Positions 45,390 through 56,905 are shown, counted from the stretch's first letter. The stretch is DNA of 64,000 nucleotides from an uncultured delta proteobacterium (GCA_963771175.1 CAVYSY010000039.1:320001-384000); one strand, 5' to 3'. Notes: generated by a model from the sequence alone, not told the origin. Translations and numbers: made by a program.

Positions 45390-47810
45390 CTACCGCCTGG
45401 CCGCCTGCACGACGGGCGCCTTGGCGGGCCGGCCGTAGAGCAGCTGGTAGGTGTTGTAGGAGCGCAGCACCCGCTTCACGTAGCCGCGCGTCTCGGCGAT
45501 GGGGATCTCCTCCACCCACGCGTCCAGCGGCATCCCGCGGACGATCCGCGCGCCAGCGATTGACCGCACTGGGGCCGGCGTTGTAGCTGCCCACCGCGAA
45601 CGGGCGTGTGCCCGCCGAAGCTGCTTGACGAGCGAGCCCAGGTAGTGCGCGCCCAGCTGGATGTTCAGGTCCGGCTCCAGCAGGCGACTCGGGTCGTCAC
45701 GCTTCTTGAGCTTCAGCTGCGCGCGCCACCGCCTGCGCCGTGGAGGGCATGAGCTGGGTGAGCCCCAGCGCGCCCGCCCACGAGAGCGCCTTCGGATCCA
45801 GCGCGCTCTCCTCGCGCATCAGCGCCTGGAGCAGGTCCGGCTCCACGCCGGCCGCCGTGGTGTGCTTCTCGATGAGCTCGCGGAAGGCGTTGGGGTAGGC
45901 CACCTCCCAGACCGGGCGCGTCTCCGGGGTGATGCGGCCGCTCAGGTCCCGCCGCAGCGCCACGCGCGCCACCGCGTGCGCCGCGCGCTCGTCCCCGGCG
46001 AGCGACGAGCAGGTGCACCAGCAGCCGCATGGTCTCGGCGGGCAGGTTCGTGCGGTTCGACGGCGAGCAGCTCCGAGGAGACGGCCTCGGGGAAGCCCAG
46101 GCGCAGCAGCTCCACGCCGGCCAGGAAGTGCGGATCCTTCGCCCAGCGGCCCGGCGTGCAGGGGCCAGGGCTCGCGGCGCTCCTGCTGCGGTGAAGCCGA
46201 GCTGGGGCGCCACGCGCTCGCAGCCGCGCCGGCTCCAGCTCGCTCAGCTCGTGCGCGCCATCAGCCCGTAGTAGGTGGCCGGGTGCTCCACCGCGAGCTG
46301 CTCGAAGAGGTCCGCGGCGCTCCTGGGCGTCCCCGCTGTCCTGCAGCGTGCGCGCCCGCCAGTACCGCGCGCGCTCCACGTCGTAGGTCTCGTCCGCGTC
46401 GCGCGAAGCGCTGCTCGATCTCGCTCGAGCAGCGGCGAGCGCCGCCGTCCTCGACCTTCGGCGTGCGGCAGATCCAGAACGTCCTTGAAGAGCGCCTCGC
46501 CGAGGAAGTCGCCCTGGGGGTAGAGCTGCGCCAGCTCCTCGAGCCGCGCGAGCGCCTGCTCGGGCCGGCCCGTCTTCACGTACAGGTCCGCGGCGTAGAA
46601 GAGCGCGTCGTCCGCGAAGGAGTGGTCCGGGAACTCCCGCGCCAGCCGCTCGTACGTCTCGGGGCCCCGCGGCCTGGTCCACGATGGAGCGCGAGGAGCC
46701 GAGCACGTAGAGCGCGCGCGGCAGCAGGTCGCGGTCCTGGCACTTGTCCACCACCGGGGTCGAGCGCGGCGATGGCGCGCGTGTGCTGGCGCTCCTTGCG
46801 CAGCGCCCTTGCCGTAGGCGAAGTGGGCGCGGCAGGCGAGCGCGTCCGGCAGCTTGAGCGTGGGCAGCAGCGGCTCGAGCACCGCCGATGCCCTGGCTTG
46901 TTGCGGTGCGCCTCGATGAGCTGCTCGCCGCGCGCCACCTGCGTCGTCCAGAGGCGCCTGCTGGCCCTTGAGGCGCTTCTCGGCCTGCTTCGCCAGGGGC
47001 GACAGCGGGTGCGAGGCCCACAGCGTCCAGAGGAAGTCGCGCTCGCGCGGCCCTGTCCTTGCTTCTCGGCGGCGATGTCGGCGCTGGCCAGGAGCGCCTC
47101 GGCGCCCACGTTGCGGCCCCACGCGGGCGCGGTGCGGCTGGCGAGGGGCGCGAGCGCGGCCAGCGCGCGCCGTCCGGGTCCTTCGTCTTGCGCAGCACGC
47201 GCGCCAGCGCCAGGCGGGCGTCGGCGTACAGCCGGCGAGTCCTCGCGCACCTGGGCGAGCAGCGCGGCCGCCTCGTCGAAGCGGCCGAGCGACCTCGAGC
47301 GCGAGCGCCCGCGTGGGTGAGGCAGCGGTCGCGCAGCGGGGGGTAGTCCTCGGCGAGCGCCGTCATCTCCGCGGCGGCGCGGGCGTCATCCCCGGCGCGC
47401 ACGGCGGCGAGCGCGCGCAGGTAGCGCACGGGGAGCGAGTCCCCCTGCCTTCGCCAGCAGCGCGCGGGCGCGGGCGTAGAGGCCGCTGTCGAAGGCCTCC
47501 TTGGCCTCCTTGCAGCTTGCCCTCGGCGAAGTACGGCGCCAGGTCCTCCGGCGTGTAGCGGCGGCCGCGCTGCACCACGGGCGCCGGGCGGCGGCGGGGC
47601 CGTCGGGGAAGGCGGGGTTGAGCACCTCCACGAACCCGGGGGGCAGCAGCGACCTTCTCCGCGTCCGGCGGCGGGGAGAGCTGCGCCTCCGACGGAGCGT
47701 TGCCGGTCTGCGTCTGGGGGCGCGGAGGTTCCTCGGCCGGGCGGGTCCTGGGCGAAGGCCAGGGAAGCGCGAGCGGCGGCGGCGGCGAGCAGGGGGGCGA
47801 AGGCTTTCAT
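45390..47810 (-). CDS. TPR-containing soluble lytic transglycosylase (Slt-like), heavily frameshifted
   Basis: Signal peptide, TPRs (FPDHSFADDALFYAA), ALMREESALDP, GALGLTQLMP, SYNAGP, ETRGYVKRV. Confidence 0.88.
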
Positions 47811-47917
47811 AGGGGCGGGGCCCTCGGGCGCAGGTGCGCTCGGGCACGCCGCGAGGACAACTGGAAGCGGGGAAAAAATTTCCGCGAGGGTAACAGAGGT
47901 TAGACTGTCCGCCGCAC

Positions 47918-50188
47918 ATGGACATCCGCACCCAGAGCGCGCTGCTGGCATCCATCATCGGGCTGGCGCTCGGCCTGTCCATGCTCGCTGCGGGCGGGGC
48001 GTCCGCGGGTGCTCACGCTCTACTCCGTCTTCGCGCTGACGGTGGGCGGGTACTACCTGTCCAGCTTCTTCCACAGCGTCTTCCCGCGAGCGCGAGCTAC
48101 CCCTGGGTGTCGCCGCGTGGCGGTGGGGGCCACGCATGCTGCTGGGCTCGCTGGTCCCGGGCGCCGCGGTGGCCTTCTTCCTGGAGTTCCTGGGGGTGCG
48201 CAAGGGCACGCACCTGGCTCGGCCGGCGGCTCGCTGTCCTCTCGGCCGTGCTTCGGCCTCGCGGTGGCGGTGACGCCCCTCGCCGGACGGCGCTGGGCGC
48301 GGGTGGCCATGGGCGTCTGGGTGCTCGGCGCGCTGCTGGCCTCGGTGTCGCTGCTGGTCCGACCGGATGCGCACCACCGAGTCGCGCATCGAGCGGCTGC
48401 GGCTGCTCTACCTGGCCATCGGCGCCGCGGCGGCCATCCTCTTCGCGGCGCTCGACTTCCTCGGCCCGCTTCGGCATCCCCTTCCCCACCCTGGGGCCGG
48501 TCTTCTCCACGCTCTACCTCTTCTTCCTCGCCCAGACGCTGCTGCGCCTGCGGCTGATGGACCTGCACGAGCTGCTGGGGAAGATCGCCTCGCAGACGGT
48601 GCTGGCGGTCATCCTCGCGGCCGTCTTCGTCGTGCTCACCGCCTGGGTGGACGAGCAACACGCTCGCTGTTCCTCTTCAACACGGTGGTGGCCGCCTTCG
48701 TGATGCTCATCCTCCTCGAGCCGCTGCGCGCGAAGGTGGAGGAGCGGGTGGTGGCCATCTTCTTCCGCGAGCGCTTCGAGCTGCTGCGCGCGCTGGGCGC
48801 GCTGCGCGCGCGCATGGCCAACGTCATCGACGTCGCCGAGCTGGCGCGCGATGGTGCTCGACGCGCTTCCACGAGACGCGGCGGGTGACGCACGCCTCCA
48901 TCTACCTGCTCGCCGAGGACCGCCCGGGCTACCGGCTGCTGCGACTACCGCGGGCCCGCAGCCGGTGAGCTTCCTCGACACGGCGGCGGCGCGCGGCCTG
49001 CTCTTCGCGGCGGCCGCGCGGGCAGAAGGCGCGTGCTGCTGGAGAACGTGGAGCGGCGCATCGCCGAGCTGCGGCGCAGCGCGGCGGAGGGCAAGCGCGT
49101 CCGCGACGAGCTCAAGCGGCTCAACGACACGCGCGCGGCGCTGCTGCCAGATGAAGGCCGGCATCACCGTGCCGCTGGTGGGCAACGACCGGGTCATCGG
49201 CTTCCTGAACCTGTGGGACGAGCGCGTGCCGGAGGCCTACGCCTCGGACGAGATCGCCCTGATCCTGGAGATCGCCGAGCGGCTGTCGCACGGCGCTGGA
49301 GAACTCCAAGCTGTACGAGAAGATGCGCGAGCGCGACCGCCTGGCCGCGCTGGGCGAGATGGCCGCGGGCCTCGCGCACGAGATCCGCAACCCGCTGGGG
49401 GCGATCAAGGGCGCGGCGCAGTGCCTGGACCCGAAGCGGCTGCCCGGCGAGGACGGCGAGTTCCTGGAGGTCATCGTCGAGGAGGTGAACCGCCTCAACG
49501 GCGTGGTGACGGCGTTCCTCGACTACTCGCGCCCGCTCAAGCAGAGCTTCGGGCCCACCGACCTCAACGAGGTGGTGACGCGCACGGTGCGGCTCATCCA
49601 GAACGACATCCCCGGAGCATCGAGCTGAAGGTGGAGCTGGCCGAGCCGCTGCCCCGGGTGGACGGCGACGCCGAGCAGCTCAAGCAGGTGCTCATCAACC
49701 TGGTGCAGAACGCGGTGCAGGCGCATGGGCGGACACGCCGGGGCAGCATCACCGTGACGCACGGTGCGGCCGGAGCGCTTCTCCGACTTCCGCGGCAACG
49801 GGGAGCTTCGTGGAGGTGCACGTGACCGACACGGGCCCGGGCATCCCCGCGGATCAGCAGCAGCACATCTTCGTGCCCTTCTACACCACCAAGCAGAAGG
49901 GCACGGGGCTGGGGCTGGCCATCTGCCAGCGCATCGTGAAGAACCACGGCGGGACGCATCTCGGTGCAGAGCAAGGTGGGCGAGGGCACCACCTTCATCA
50001 TCCGCCTGCCGGTGCCCCCGTCGGAGCCGGCCCAGCTCCCGGAGCCGGTGCTCCTGGATGGCACGCCCTTCCCTTCCACGAAGTCCTCCGAGGCCCTGCC
50101 CTCGGAAGGCGCCAGTCCGGAAGGCGCGGCCCCTCCGCCGAAGCCAGCGGGCAAGCCGAAGCGCGAGAAGAAGCGCCGCGCGAGCTGA
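47918..50188 (+). CDS. Sensor histidine kinase with multi-TM input and GAF-like domain (heavily frameshifted)
   Basis: H-box LGEMAAGLAHEIRNPL, N-box QVLINLVQNA, DTGPGI, FVPFYTTK, GTGLGL. Confidence 0.9.
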
Positions 50189-50514
50189 GGACTACCCGGC
50201 GGAGCGGCGGCCGCGCGAAGCAGTTGCATGCTGCTCCCCCGTCGTGAGCTCCGCCTCCTCCTGAGTCTTCTCGAAGCGGCTGCGCTGAGCTCCGCGCCCT
50301 CCCGCGCCGAAACCCCAACACCGTCACCCACCTGACCTTTCGCACCGCGTCACGATTGCGATCGGATTGCGCGCCGCATCACGGCCGCGCCTTGCCGCAT
50401 TGCGGCATTTTACAGGTCTCGCAGTTATTTCTTTCATTCATGGTGTTTCTTATGCCTGCAAGTAAACTGAATATTCCTCCTCGTCACAGTGACGGGGAGC
50501 GACGAGGAATGTGC

Positions 50515-51609
50515 ATGTCCGTTCGTTCCAAGCTGTCCTGCGCCGCGGCCGTCGCGGCGGCCACCCTCGTGGGCGGAAGCGCCGCCGCCAGCACCATCAA
50601 CCAGAGCACCTCGTGGACCATCCAGCGCTCGGGTGCCACCGCCACCTATCGCGTCGTGGCCTACGGTGACTCCATCTACGCCGGCTACAACGGCGACCTG
50701 TTCAGCGTGGGCAAGCGCTCTGCCCCGTGGGCGGATGGCGAGTACCTGTCCACCAAGTGGAACGCCAACATGGAGGTCATCCGCCGCACCAAGTCCGGCG
50801 CGATCGCCAGCGACATCTACAACAACAAGATCGTCGGCGAGCGCTCGTACATGCAGGCGAGCAACACCCGCGTGGTGACGTTCGAGATGTGCGGCAACGA
50901 CTATCTGCAGGCGCGCTCTGCCTTCACGGACCAGACGGGCACCTGCAGCTATGCCGGCCTGGACGTGGCCCTGTCCAACTGCACCACGCACACCGAGCTA
51001 GCCATGCAGGCCATCAACACCTACGCCACCGCGGCCAAGGTGAAGGTCGTCTCCACCATCTACTATCCCGGCTTCGACTCGGACAACGTGCTCACCAGCT
51101 GCACGGACTCCGCCACTGGCACCCGCATCAACAAGCGCGCCAAGTTCCTGCCCTACCTGGCCAAGAGCAACTGGCGCACCTGCAACCTGGCGGCGAAGTA
51201 CGGCTTCCAGTGCGCTGACTCGTTCGCCGAGTTCATGGCGGCCGATTACGACTCCAACGGCGACGGCGTGAGCGAGCGCGACTCCATCCGCTACCGCGCG
51301 GGCGAGACCGAGGCCGACTACGTCAACCGCATCGTCACCGCGCTCAACTCGGGCACCCTGCGTGACGCCAACTCGCACTTCATCAGCTCGGCCGCCAGCT
51401 ACGACTACATCCAGTCCGACAACACCCACCCCACCTACTACACCTCGTCCACCATCGGCCTGAACTGGTTCACGGGCAATGGCTCGGGCTCGGGCGCGGC
51501 GAACTTCACCAACACCCAGATCGTCAACGGCCAGAACCCCGAGTCGAACAAGTGGGGCCACGAGAAGATGGGGTGGATCATCTCCACCTTCAATCCCGCC
51601 ACTCCGTGA
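50515..51609 (+). CDS. Secreted SGNH/GDSL-family hydrolase
   Basis: Signal peptide, block I YGDSI, block III GNDY, block V DNTHP, DxDxDG-type loop DYDSNGDG. Confidence 0.85.
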   Translation: MSVRSKLSCAAAVAAATLVGGSAAASTINQSTSWTIQRSGATATYRVVAYGDSIYAGYNGDLFSVGKRSAPWADGEYLSTKWNANMEVIRRTKSGAIASDIYNNKIVGERSYMQASNTRVVTFEMCGNDYLQARSAFTDQTGTCSYAGLDVALSNCTTHTELAMQAINTYATAAKVKVVSTIYYPGFDSDNVLTSCTDSATGTRINKRAKFLPYLAKSNWRTCNLAAKYGFQCADSFAEFMAADYDSNGDGVSERDSIRYRAGETEADYVNRIVTALNSGTLRDANSHFISSAASYDYIQSDNTHPTYYTSSTIGLNWFTGNGSGSGAANFTNTQIVNGQNPESNKWGHEKMGWIISTFNPATP

Positions 51610-51621
51610 TGAGCTGACGTC

Positions 51622-52533
51622 TCACAGGAGGAACCGCGCCGCCAACAGCGCGGGAAAGCCTACGTAGTAGAGCACCTCGCAGGCCACCTCCACGAACCGC
51701 CGCACGCCTCGCGCGTGCGGCGGGGAGAGCCACGTCGCCGCGTAGGCCAGCAGCTCGAACAGGGCTCGCACAACGCAGGCAAACCCCACGAGCACCGCGG
51801 TGAAGTAGATCCAATAGGTGGTGAAGGACTGCAGGTAGGGCCCGAGCCCGTACATGCGGTACTGCTCGAACGGCCCGCCGTAGGTGATGTACTGGTTGGC
51901 CCGGAACATGATGGCGGTGGGCAGGAGCGGGAACAGGACGAACTTGAGCACCCAGAGGTACCAGCGCCGCCGCGCCAGCTTCGCCCGGGCGTGCGCGAAG
52001 GCGGTGTGCGGGTGCCGCGCCGCCGCCGAGGCCCTCGGGCTGTCCGAGCCCATCGCCTCCAGCAGCGGCTGGGGATCCGCCACCCGCAGCGCGTACTGGA
52101 AGCCACGCCCCGACTTCATCCGCAGCGACAGGCCCGCCCCCGGCACGAGCAGCCGCCACACCCGCACTGCCTCCACCGAGGAGAGGGGAATCTCGAACCG
52201 ATCCCCCCGGCGCTCCAGCACGAGCCGCTCCGGCTCGACGGAGAGGCTGGCGGTGGTGAGCCAGCGGATGAGCCGCAAGAGGCCGAACAGGGCGAACGAC
52301 AGCAGGGCGAGCCAGAGCGCCCGTCCGGGCGGCTTGGGGTTGATCGCCCCGGTGAAGGTGAAGAAGAAGATGAGTACGAGGACGTAGAGGGTGTTGACGG
52401 CCAGCAGCACCTGGAGCCCGGCGCTGACAAGCCGCAGCACCAGCGGGTAGGCGTGGACCTGGAAGCGCGGGGCGGCGGACTGGCCGTCGGCGGAGGGCTC
52501 GGAGGAGGCGTCGGCAGCGGGCATGGCGGTCAT
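51622..52533 (-). CDS. Multi-pass membrane protein with a PH-like soluble segment
   Basis: About five hydrophobic segments flanking a beta-rich stretch (LVLERRGDRFEIPLSSVEAVRVW). Confidence 0.75.
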   Translation of the reverse strand: MTAMPAADASSEPSADGQSAAPRFQVHAYPLVLRLVSAGLQVLLAVNTLYVLVLIFFFTFTGAINPKPPGRALWLALLSFALFGLLRLIRWLTTASLSVEPERLVLERRGDRFEIPLSSVEAVRVWRLLVPGAGLSLRMKSGRGFQYALRVADPQPLLEAMGSDSPRASAAARHPHTAFAHARAKLARRRWYLWVLKFVLFPLLPTAIMFRANQYITYGGPFEQYRMYGLGPYLQSFTTYWIYFTAVLVGFACVVRALFELLAYAATWLSPPHARGVRRFVEVACEVLYYVGFPALLAARFLL

Positions 52534-52626
52534 GGGGCGGGAAGCGTGGGCCGCCCTGGCTCCTCGACGGATTGCCCGGGCGACAAGGGACCCGTAGCAT
52601 ACGAGGCTCGGAGAATAGGGACGAGA

Positions 52627-53310
52627 ATGGCTTCGCAGCCTCCCACTAATGATCGGCACGTCGACCGTGACGGCGTCATCCGCATCCAGAAGCAGCGCAC
52701 GAGCAGTGGCGCCTGGCTCGTCTGGCTGGCGCTGGGCGTCACCGTCCTGTGCCTCGCCTTGAGCTTCTGGCTCGTCTCCTCGCCGGGCCCCGTTCCGGAC
52801 ACCGCGGAGGCCGAGCCCATGACGGTCGCGGAGAACCAGCCGGTCCCCTCCCCCACTCCCTCCCGGTCCGCTCCGAAGGCGGCACCACCGGCCGCTCGGC
52901 CCGCGGCACAGCCCGAGCCCACGCCCACGCAAGGCACACCGGCCCGCTCGCCCCAGCCCCAGCCAGCGCAGGAGCCCACCATGGCACAGGACCCCACACC
53001 CCCCTCCGGAGGCGCGGAGGGAATCCAGCTGTACCGCCCGGGCACCAAGCCGATCAAACAGGGCATCGTCGTGCCCGAGGACTTCGAGCTGCCCCCCGGC
53101 TACGTGCGCCACTACCAGGCCACGGACAACGGCGAGCGCGTGAAGCCCATCCTCATGTTCCATCCGGACTACAAGCCGACGGACTCGAACGGGAAGCCCG
53201 TCGAGCTGCCCGAGAGCCGTGTCGTGCCGCCCGAGCTGGCGCCGCCGGGAATGCCCATCGACATCCTGGAGCTTCCGGCAGGGCCAGAAGGAGTGGAGCC
53301 CATTCCATGA
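52627..53310 (+). CDS. Single-TM Pro-rich hypothetical protein
   Basis: TM helix, Pro-rich stalk, C-terminal GIVVPEDFELPPGYVRHYQATDNG...ILMFHPD domain. ATGA overlap with lnt. Confidence 0.8.
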   Translation: MASQPPTNDRHVDRDGVIRIQKQRTSSGAWLVWLALGVTVLCLALSFWLVSSPGPVPDTAEAEPMTVAENQPVPSPTPSRSAPKAAPPAARPAAQPEPTPTQGTPARSPQPQPAQEPTMAQDPTPPSGGAEGIQLYRPGTKPIKQGIVVPEDFELPPGYVRHYQATDNGERVKPILMFHPDYKPTDSNGKPVELPESRVVPPELAPPGMPIDILELPAGPEGVEPIP

Positions 53311-54956
53311 GCGCGAGTGCGGTCCGCGCGAAGCGCCTGGCGGCCCTGCTGTTCGGGGTCGCCGGCACCACCGTCCTCTTGGGGCTGTTCGGGCGCATGG
53401 AGGCGCGCTGGGTGGCGGTCGGCTGGGTGGCGCTCGTGCCCTGGTTGTGGGCGCTGGACCGCGCCGGCTCCAGGCGCGAGGCCGTGCTCTCGGGTGTGGC
53501 GCTCGGCATGGCCTTCACCGCGACCGTCGTCGGGTGGTTCCCCGCGGCGATCCAGAGCTACTCCGGTGCGCCCCTGGCGCTGTGCTGGCTCGCCTTCCTG
53601 GTGCTGGCGCCCCTGATGGAGCTGCAGTTCATCACCTTCGCGCTGGCGCGCCACCACCTGCGCCAGGGCCGCGCGGAGGGCCCTCGGGCCTTCTGGTACG
53701 TCACGCTCACGGGTGCGCTCGTCTACGTGGGCACCGAGTGGCTGTGCCCCAAGCTCTTCGCCGTCACCCTGGGGCAGGGCTTCTACCCGTCCGAGCTGCT
53801 GCGGCAGGGCGCGGACATCGCGGGGACACACGGTCTCACGCTCGTCATCCTCATCAGCAACGAGTGCGTGCTCGCCGCGGGGAAGGCGCTCGTGGCGCAG
53901 GGCCCTCGCGTGGGCTGGCGGCGCGCGCTGGCGCCCCTGTCCGTGCTGGCGGCGCTGGTGCTGGGCGGGCTCGGGTACGGGCAGCTCCGCTACTGGCAGG
54001 TGGCCGAGCACAAGGCGAAGGCGCCGGACCTCGTGGTGGGCATCGTGCAGGCCAACATCACGAAGTACGAGAAGCTCGCGGCCGAGCTGGGCACGTACGA
54101 CGTGGTCCGGATGATCCTGGACACGCACTACCGGCTCTCGGACGAGCTGCTGCGGAACCGGAAGCTGGACCTGATCGTCTGGCCCGAGACGGTGTACCCG
54201 ACGACCTTCGGCTCGCCCAAGAGCGAGGCGGGCGCGGAGTTCGACGCGGAGATCAACGCGTTCGTCTCGCAGCGCCGGGTGCCGCTCCTCTTCGGCACGT
54301 ATGACCTGGAGGAGGAGCGCGAGTACAACGCCGCCATGTTCCTGGGCCCGGGACGGGACGGGTCGCTGGCGCGCTCGGCGTACCGCAAGACGATGCTCTT
54401 CCCGCTGACCGAGTGGGTGCCCGAGTCGATCGACTCGCCATGGCTCCGCGAGCGGATGCCCTGGACGGGCTACTGGAAGCGAGGTCCCGGCCCCCGGACG
54501 CTGGCGCTCCAACTGAGCGAGGGCCGCTCGCTCATCCTCGCCCCCCTCATCTGCTACGAGTCCATCTTCCCCGGCTACGTCGCCGAGGAGGCCCGCGGAG
54601 GCGCCGAGCTGATCATGACGCTGTCCAACGACTCATGGTTCTCGGGGACGCCGGCGCCCCGGCAGCACCTGATGCACGCGGTGTTTCGCAGCATCGAGAC
54701 GCGGCTGCCGCAGGTGCGCGTCACCAACTCGGGCATCTCCGCCCTCATCACGCCCACGGGCGAGGTGCTCACCGAGGTGCCGGACGCTCAACGCGGAAGC
54801 GTGGCCGTGACGGTCCCCCCGAACCCGCGCCTGTCCACGCTGATGGTGGCCTGGGGTGACTGGCTGCGCCCCACCGCCCTCGTGCTGAGCCTCGTGCTGC
54901 TCCTCGCGCCCTCGCTCCTGGCGCGACGGAATGCACGTCCGAGCACGGGAGTTTGA
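53307..54956 (+). CDS. lnt: Apolipoprotein N-acyltransferase
   Basis: Multi-TM plus nitrilase domain: IVQANI, IVWPET, YRKTMLFPLTE, ICYESIF, SNDSWF, RSIETR, TNSGIS. Confidence 0.93.
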   Translation: MSASAVRAKRLAALLFGVAGTTVLLGLFGRMEARWVAVGWVALVPWLWALDRAGSRREAVLSGVALGMAFTATVVGWFPAAIQSYSGAPLALCWLAFLVLAPLMELQFITFALARHHLRQGRAEGPRAFWYVTLTGALVYVGTEWLCPKLFAVTLGQGFYPSELLRQGADIAGTHGLTLVILISNECVLAAGKALVAQGPRVGWRRALAPLSVLAALVLGGLGYGQLRYWQVAEHKAKAPDLVVGIVQANITKYEKLAAELGTYDVVRMILDTHYRLSDELLRNRKLDLIVWPETVYPTTFGSPKSEAGAEFDAEINAFVSQRRVPLLFGTYDLEEEREYNAAMFLGPGRDGSLARSAYRKTMLFPLTEWVPESIDSPWLRERMPWTGYWKRGPGPRTLALQLSEGRSLILAPLICYESIFPGYVAEEARGGAELIMTLSNDSWFSGTPAPRQHLMHAVFRSIETRLPQVRVTNSGISALITPTGEVLTEVPDAQRGSVAVTVPPNPRLSTLMVAWGDWLRPTALVLSLVLLLAPSLLARRNARPSTGV

Positions 54957-55237
54957 GGGTACTGTCGATCGAGGTAAGAGCCACCGGATTCCATGGAATC
55001 CTCGCCCCTGTCCCACGGGGGGCTACAGGTGGGTGTTGACCTACCTGGATTTAAGGTGGCATCTCCGGTCCTGGTGCTTAACTTACGGAGAACGGCGTTC
55101 CGCTCCGAGCGCACAGGCCGGCCTTGCTCTCGCTGGCCTGCTCGGCGGAACTGTTCATTTGCTTCAAGACTGTTAAGTACGGGCCTCGTCTCGGGAAGGA
55201 GACGGGCTTCTCCCTCACTCTCTTCCATTGGAGTCCT

Positions 55238-55417
55238 ATGACCGTCACATTCATCAAGCGGCAAAAAGAGCGAGCGCGTCAGCAGCGCAACCAGGAGAAG
55301 GTGGTCAAGCGCGAGGAGCGCAAGCGCCAGAAGGCCGATCGCCCCACCGCGGAGGCCGGAGTGGACCCGGACATCGCGCACATCGTCGCGGGCCCCCAGC
55401 CTCCGCTGGAAATGTGA
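55238..55417 (+). CDS. Small basic protein, 59 aa
   Basis: GGAG RBS, KRQKERARQQRNQEK...VDPDIAHIVAGPQP, followed by a terminator. Confidence 0.7.
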   Translation: MTVTFIKRQKERARQQRNQEKVVKREERKRQKADRPTAEAGVDPDIAHIVAGPQPPLEM

Positions 55418-55450
55418 GCCTGCTTCTACCCGTCATGCGAACACTTCTTG

Positions 55451-55483
55451 GGCCGTGTCCGGATTCTCGGGCACGGCCTTTTT
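55451..55483 (+). terminator. Intrinsic terminator
   Basis: GGCCGTGTCC-loop-GGGCACGGCC then TTTTT. Confidence 0.8.
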
Positions 55484-55668
55484 CGTGCTCCCCACAAGAC
55501 CCAAGGCCCCCTCCTCGCGAGGTCTCCCCACGTCCTGGCTAACGGGGCGAGTGTCTGGCTGCCTGGGTCACATCGGGTGCCGACCCCTTCTGTTCTGCGA
55601 CACCCATACCCCGGGGTGATGGCGACATGGGAAGTCGCTCCCCAGGGTGATGGTGGAGGGAACAGTTC

Positions 55669-56883
55669 ATGAGAAAGCCCCGGGCCGGCTGGTTGGCTGG
55701 CATCGCCTGCATTGGCATCGCGCTGGGAGGGCTCTCCTGCTCCAAGCGTCCAGCACCGGAGGAGGATGCCGGAACAGGAGGCGCGGGAGAGTCAGCGCCC
55801 CTGGGTCAGGCCGCCGCGAAGCAGGGTGGCGAGGAGATCGCCCTGGAGGTGCTCGACCTGAGCGTCGGCGACCCGGGAAAGGACGAGGGCTCGCGAACCT
55901 CCTTCGTGACGGGGGAGCCCATCTCCACGCGGGGCCGCGTGCGCAACGCGGAGGAGCTCGAGGACCGCATCCAGTGGCACCTCCAGCCGGTGGGGCCGCA
56001 GACGGCGGACGCCGACCCCACCGCGCACGAGGGACAGGAGGCCGTCTTCCGCGCCTTCTCGCGCGTGGGCACGGCGGGCAGCCGCAAGCCCAACCCCCCG
56101 CTGGAGTACGACGTGGTGGCCTCGATTCCCCTGGAGAACGGAGAGACGCTCCAGGTGCGCCTGCCTTCCACCACCTACCTCCATCAGGACGAGGAGGACG
56201 TGCTGCGGCAGGAGTACGTCGACTTCGGAACGAAATTCCGGCCGAACCGCGCGCAGATCTCCATCCCGGCCCAGCGCACCTTCAACACGGGCAACTACAC
56301 CGTCATCACCGAGGAGGACACGGGCGGGCTGGCGCGCATGCTGGGCCAGTTGGACGAGCGGATCCGCGCCCTCCTCAACAACGACGTGCAGGAGAAGCCG
56401 GTGGGAACGCGCGGGCTGGCGCCGAGTACGGTGGTGGTGTCTCCTGGCGCGCCCATCCTCAAGGTGGGGGCGCTCGGGGACACCGATCCCCAGGGAGATG
56501 ACCTCTGTGCGGGCCCCCTCGTGGGTGGGCGGTGCACGGGCTCCATTCTCGCCGGGCCGAATGGCACCGCTGACACGCGCGCCAACAACCGCGCGACGCA
56601 ATTGAAGCTGGAGGACTTCGTCAGCAGTGCCTTCCGAAACCCGCAGCGCAACCGCGCCGCCGGCTCCGTCGTCCTCGACAGCTTCCACACCCGCGGGCGC
56701 GCGCTGGACCTCGATCCGCGCCTGATGCCCGTCCCCGGGAAGACGCCACAGCAGTTGATGTGCATCGTCGAAGCGGCCGGGGACACGGTCGTCGGTGAGA
56801 GCGACTCCTTCACCGAGCGCGGCGCCACCCGCTTCCTCGATTGCAACGACCCGATGGCCGACCACGTTCATGTCGAGCGCTGA
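55669..56883 (+). CDS. Lipoprotein with C-terminal M15-type (LAS/hedgehog-fold) zinc peptidase motif
   Basis: Lipobox GLSC. SSAFRNPQRNRAAG...SFHTRGRALDL...DHVHVE matches the SxxRxPxxN...SxHxxGxAxD...HxH pattern. Confidence 0.7.
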   Translation: MRKPRAGWLAGIACIGIALGGLSCSKRPAPEEDAGTGGAGESAPLGQAAAKQGGEEIALEVLDLSVGDPGKDEGSRTSFVTGEPISTRGRVRNAEELEDRIQWHLQPVGPQTADADPTAHEGQEAVFRAFSRVGTAGSRKPNPPLEYDVVASIPLENGETLQVRLPSTTYLHQDEEDVLRQEYVDFGTKFRPNRAQISIPAQRTFNTGNYTVITEEDTGGLARMLGQLDERIRALLNNDVQEKPVGTRGLAPSTVVVSPGAPILKVGALGDTDPQGDDLCAGPLVGGRCTGSILAGPNGTADTRANNRATQLKLEDFVSSAFRNPQRNRAAGSVVLDSFHTRGRALDLDPRLMPVPGKTPQQLMCIVEAAGDTVVGESDSFTERGATRFLDCNDPMADHVHVER

Positions 56884-56905
56884 AGTCCGGAAAGGAAGCC
56901 CGCGC

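Noticed and set aside
55055..55072. TGGCATC as a sigma54 -24 box before the small protein gene
   Set aside because: No GC dinucleotide at the -12 position.
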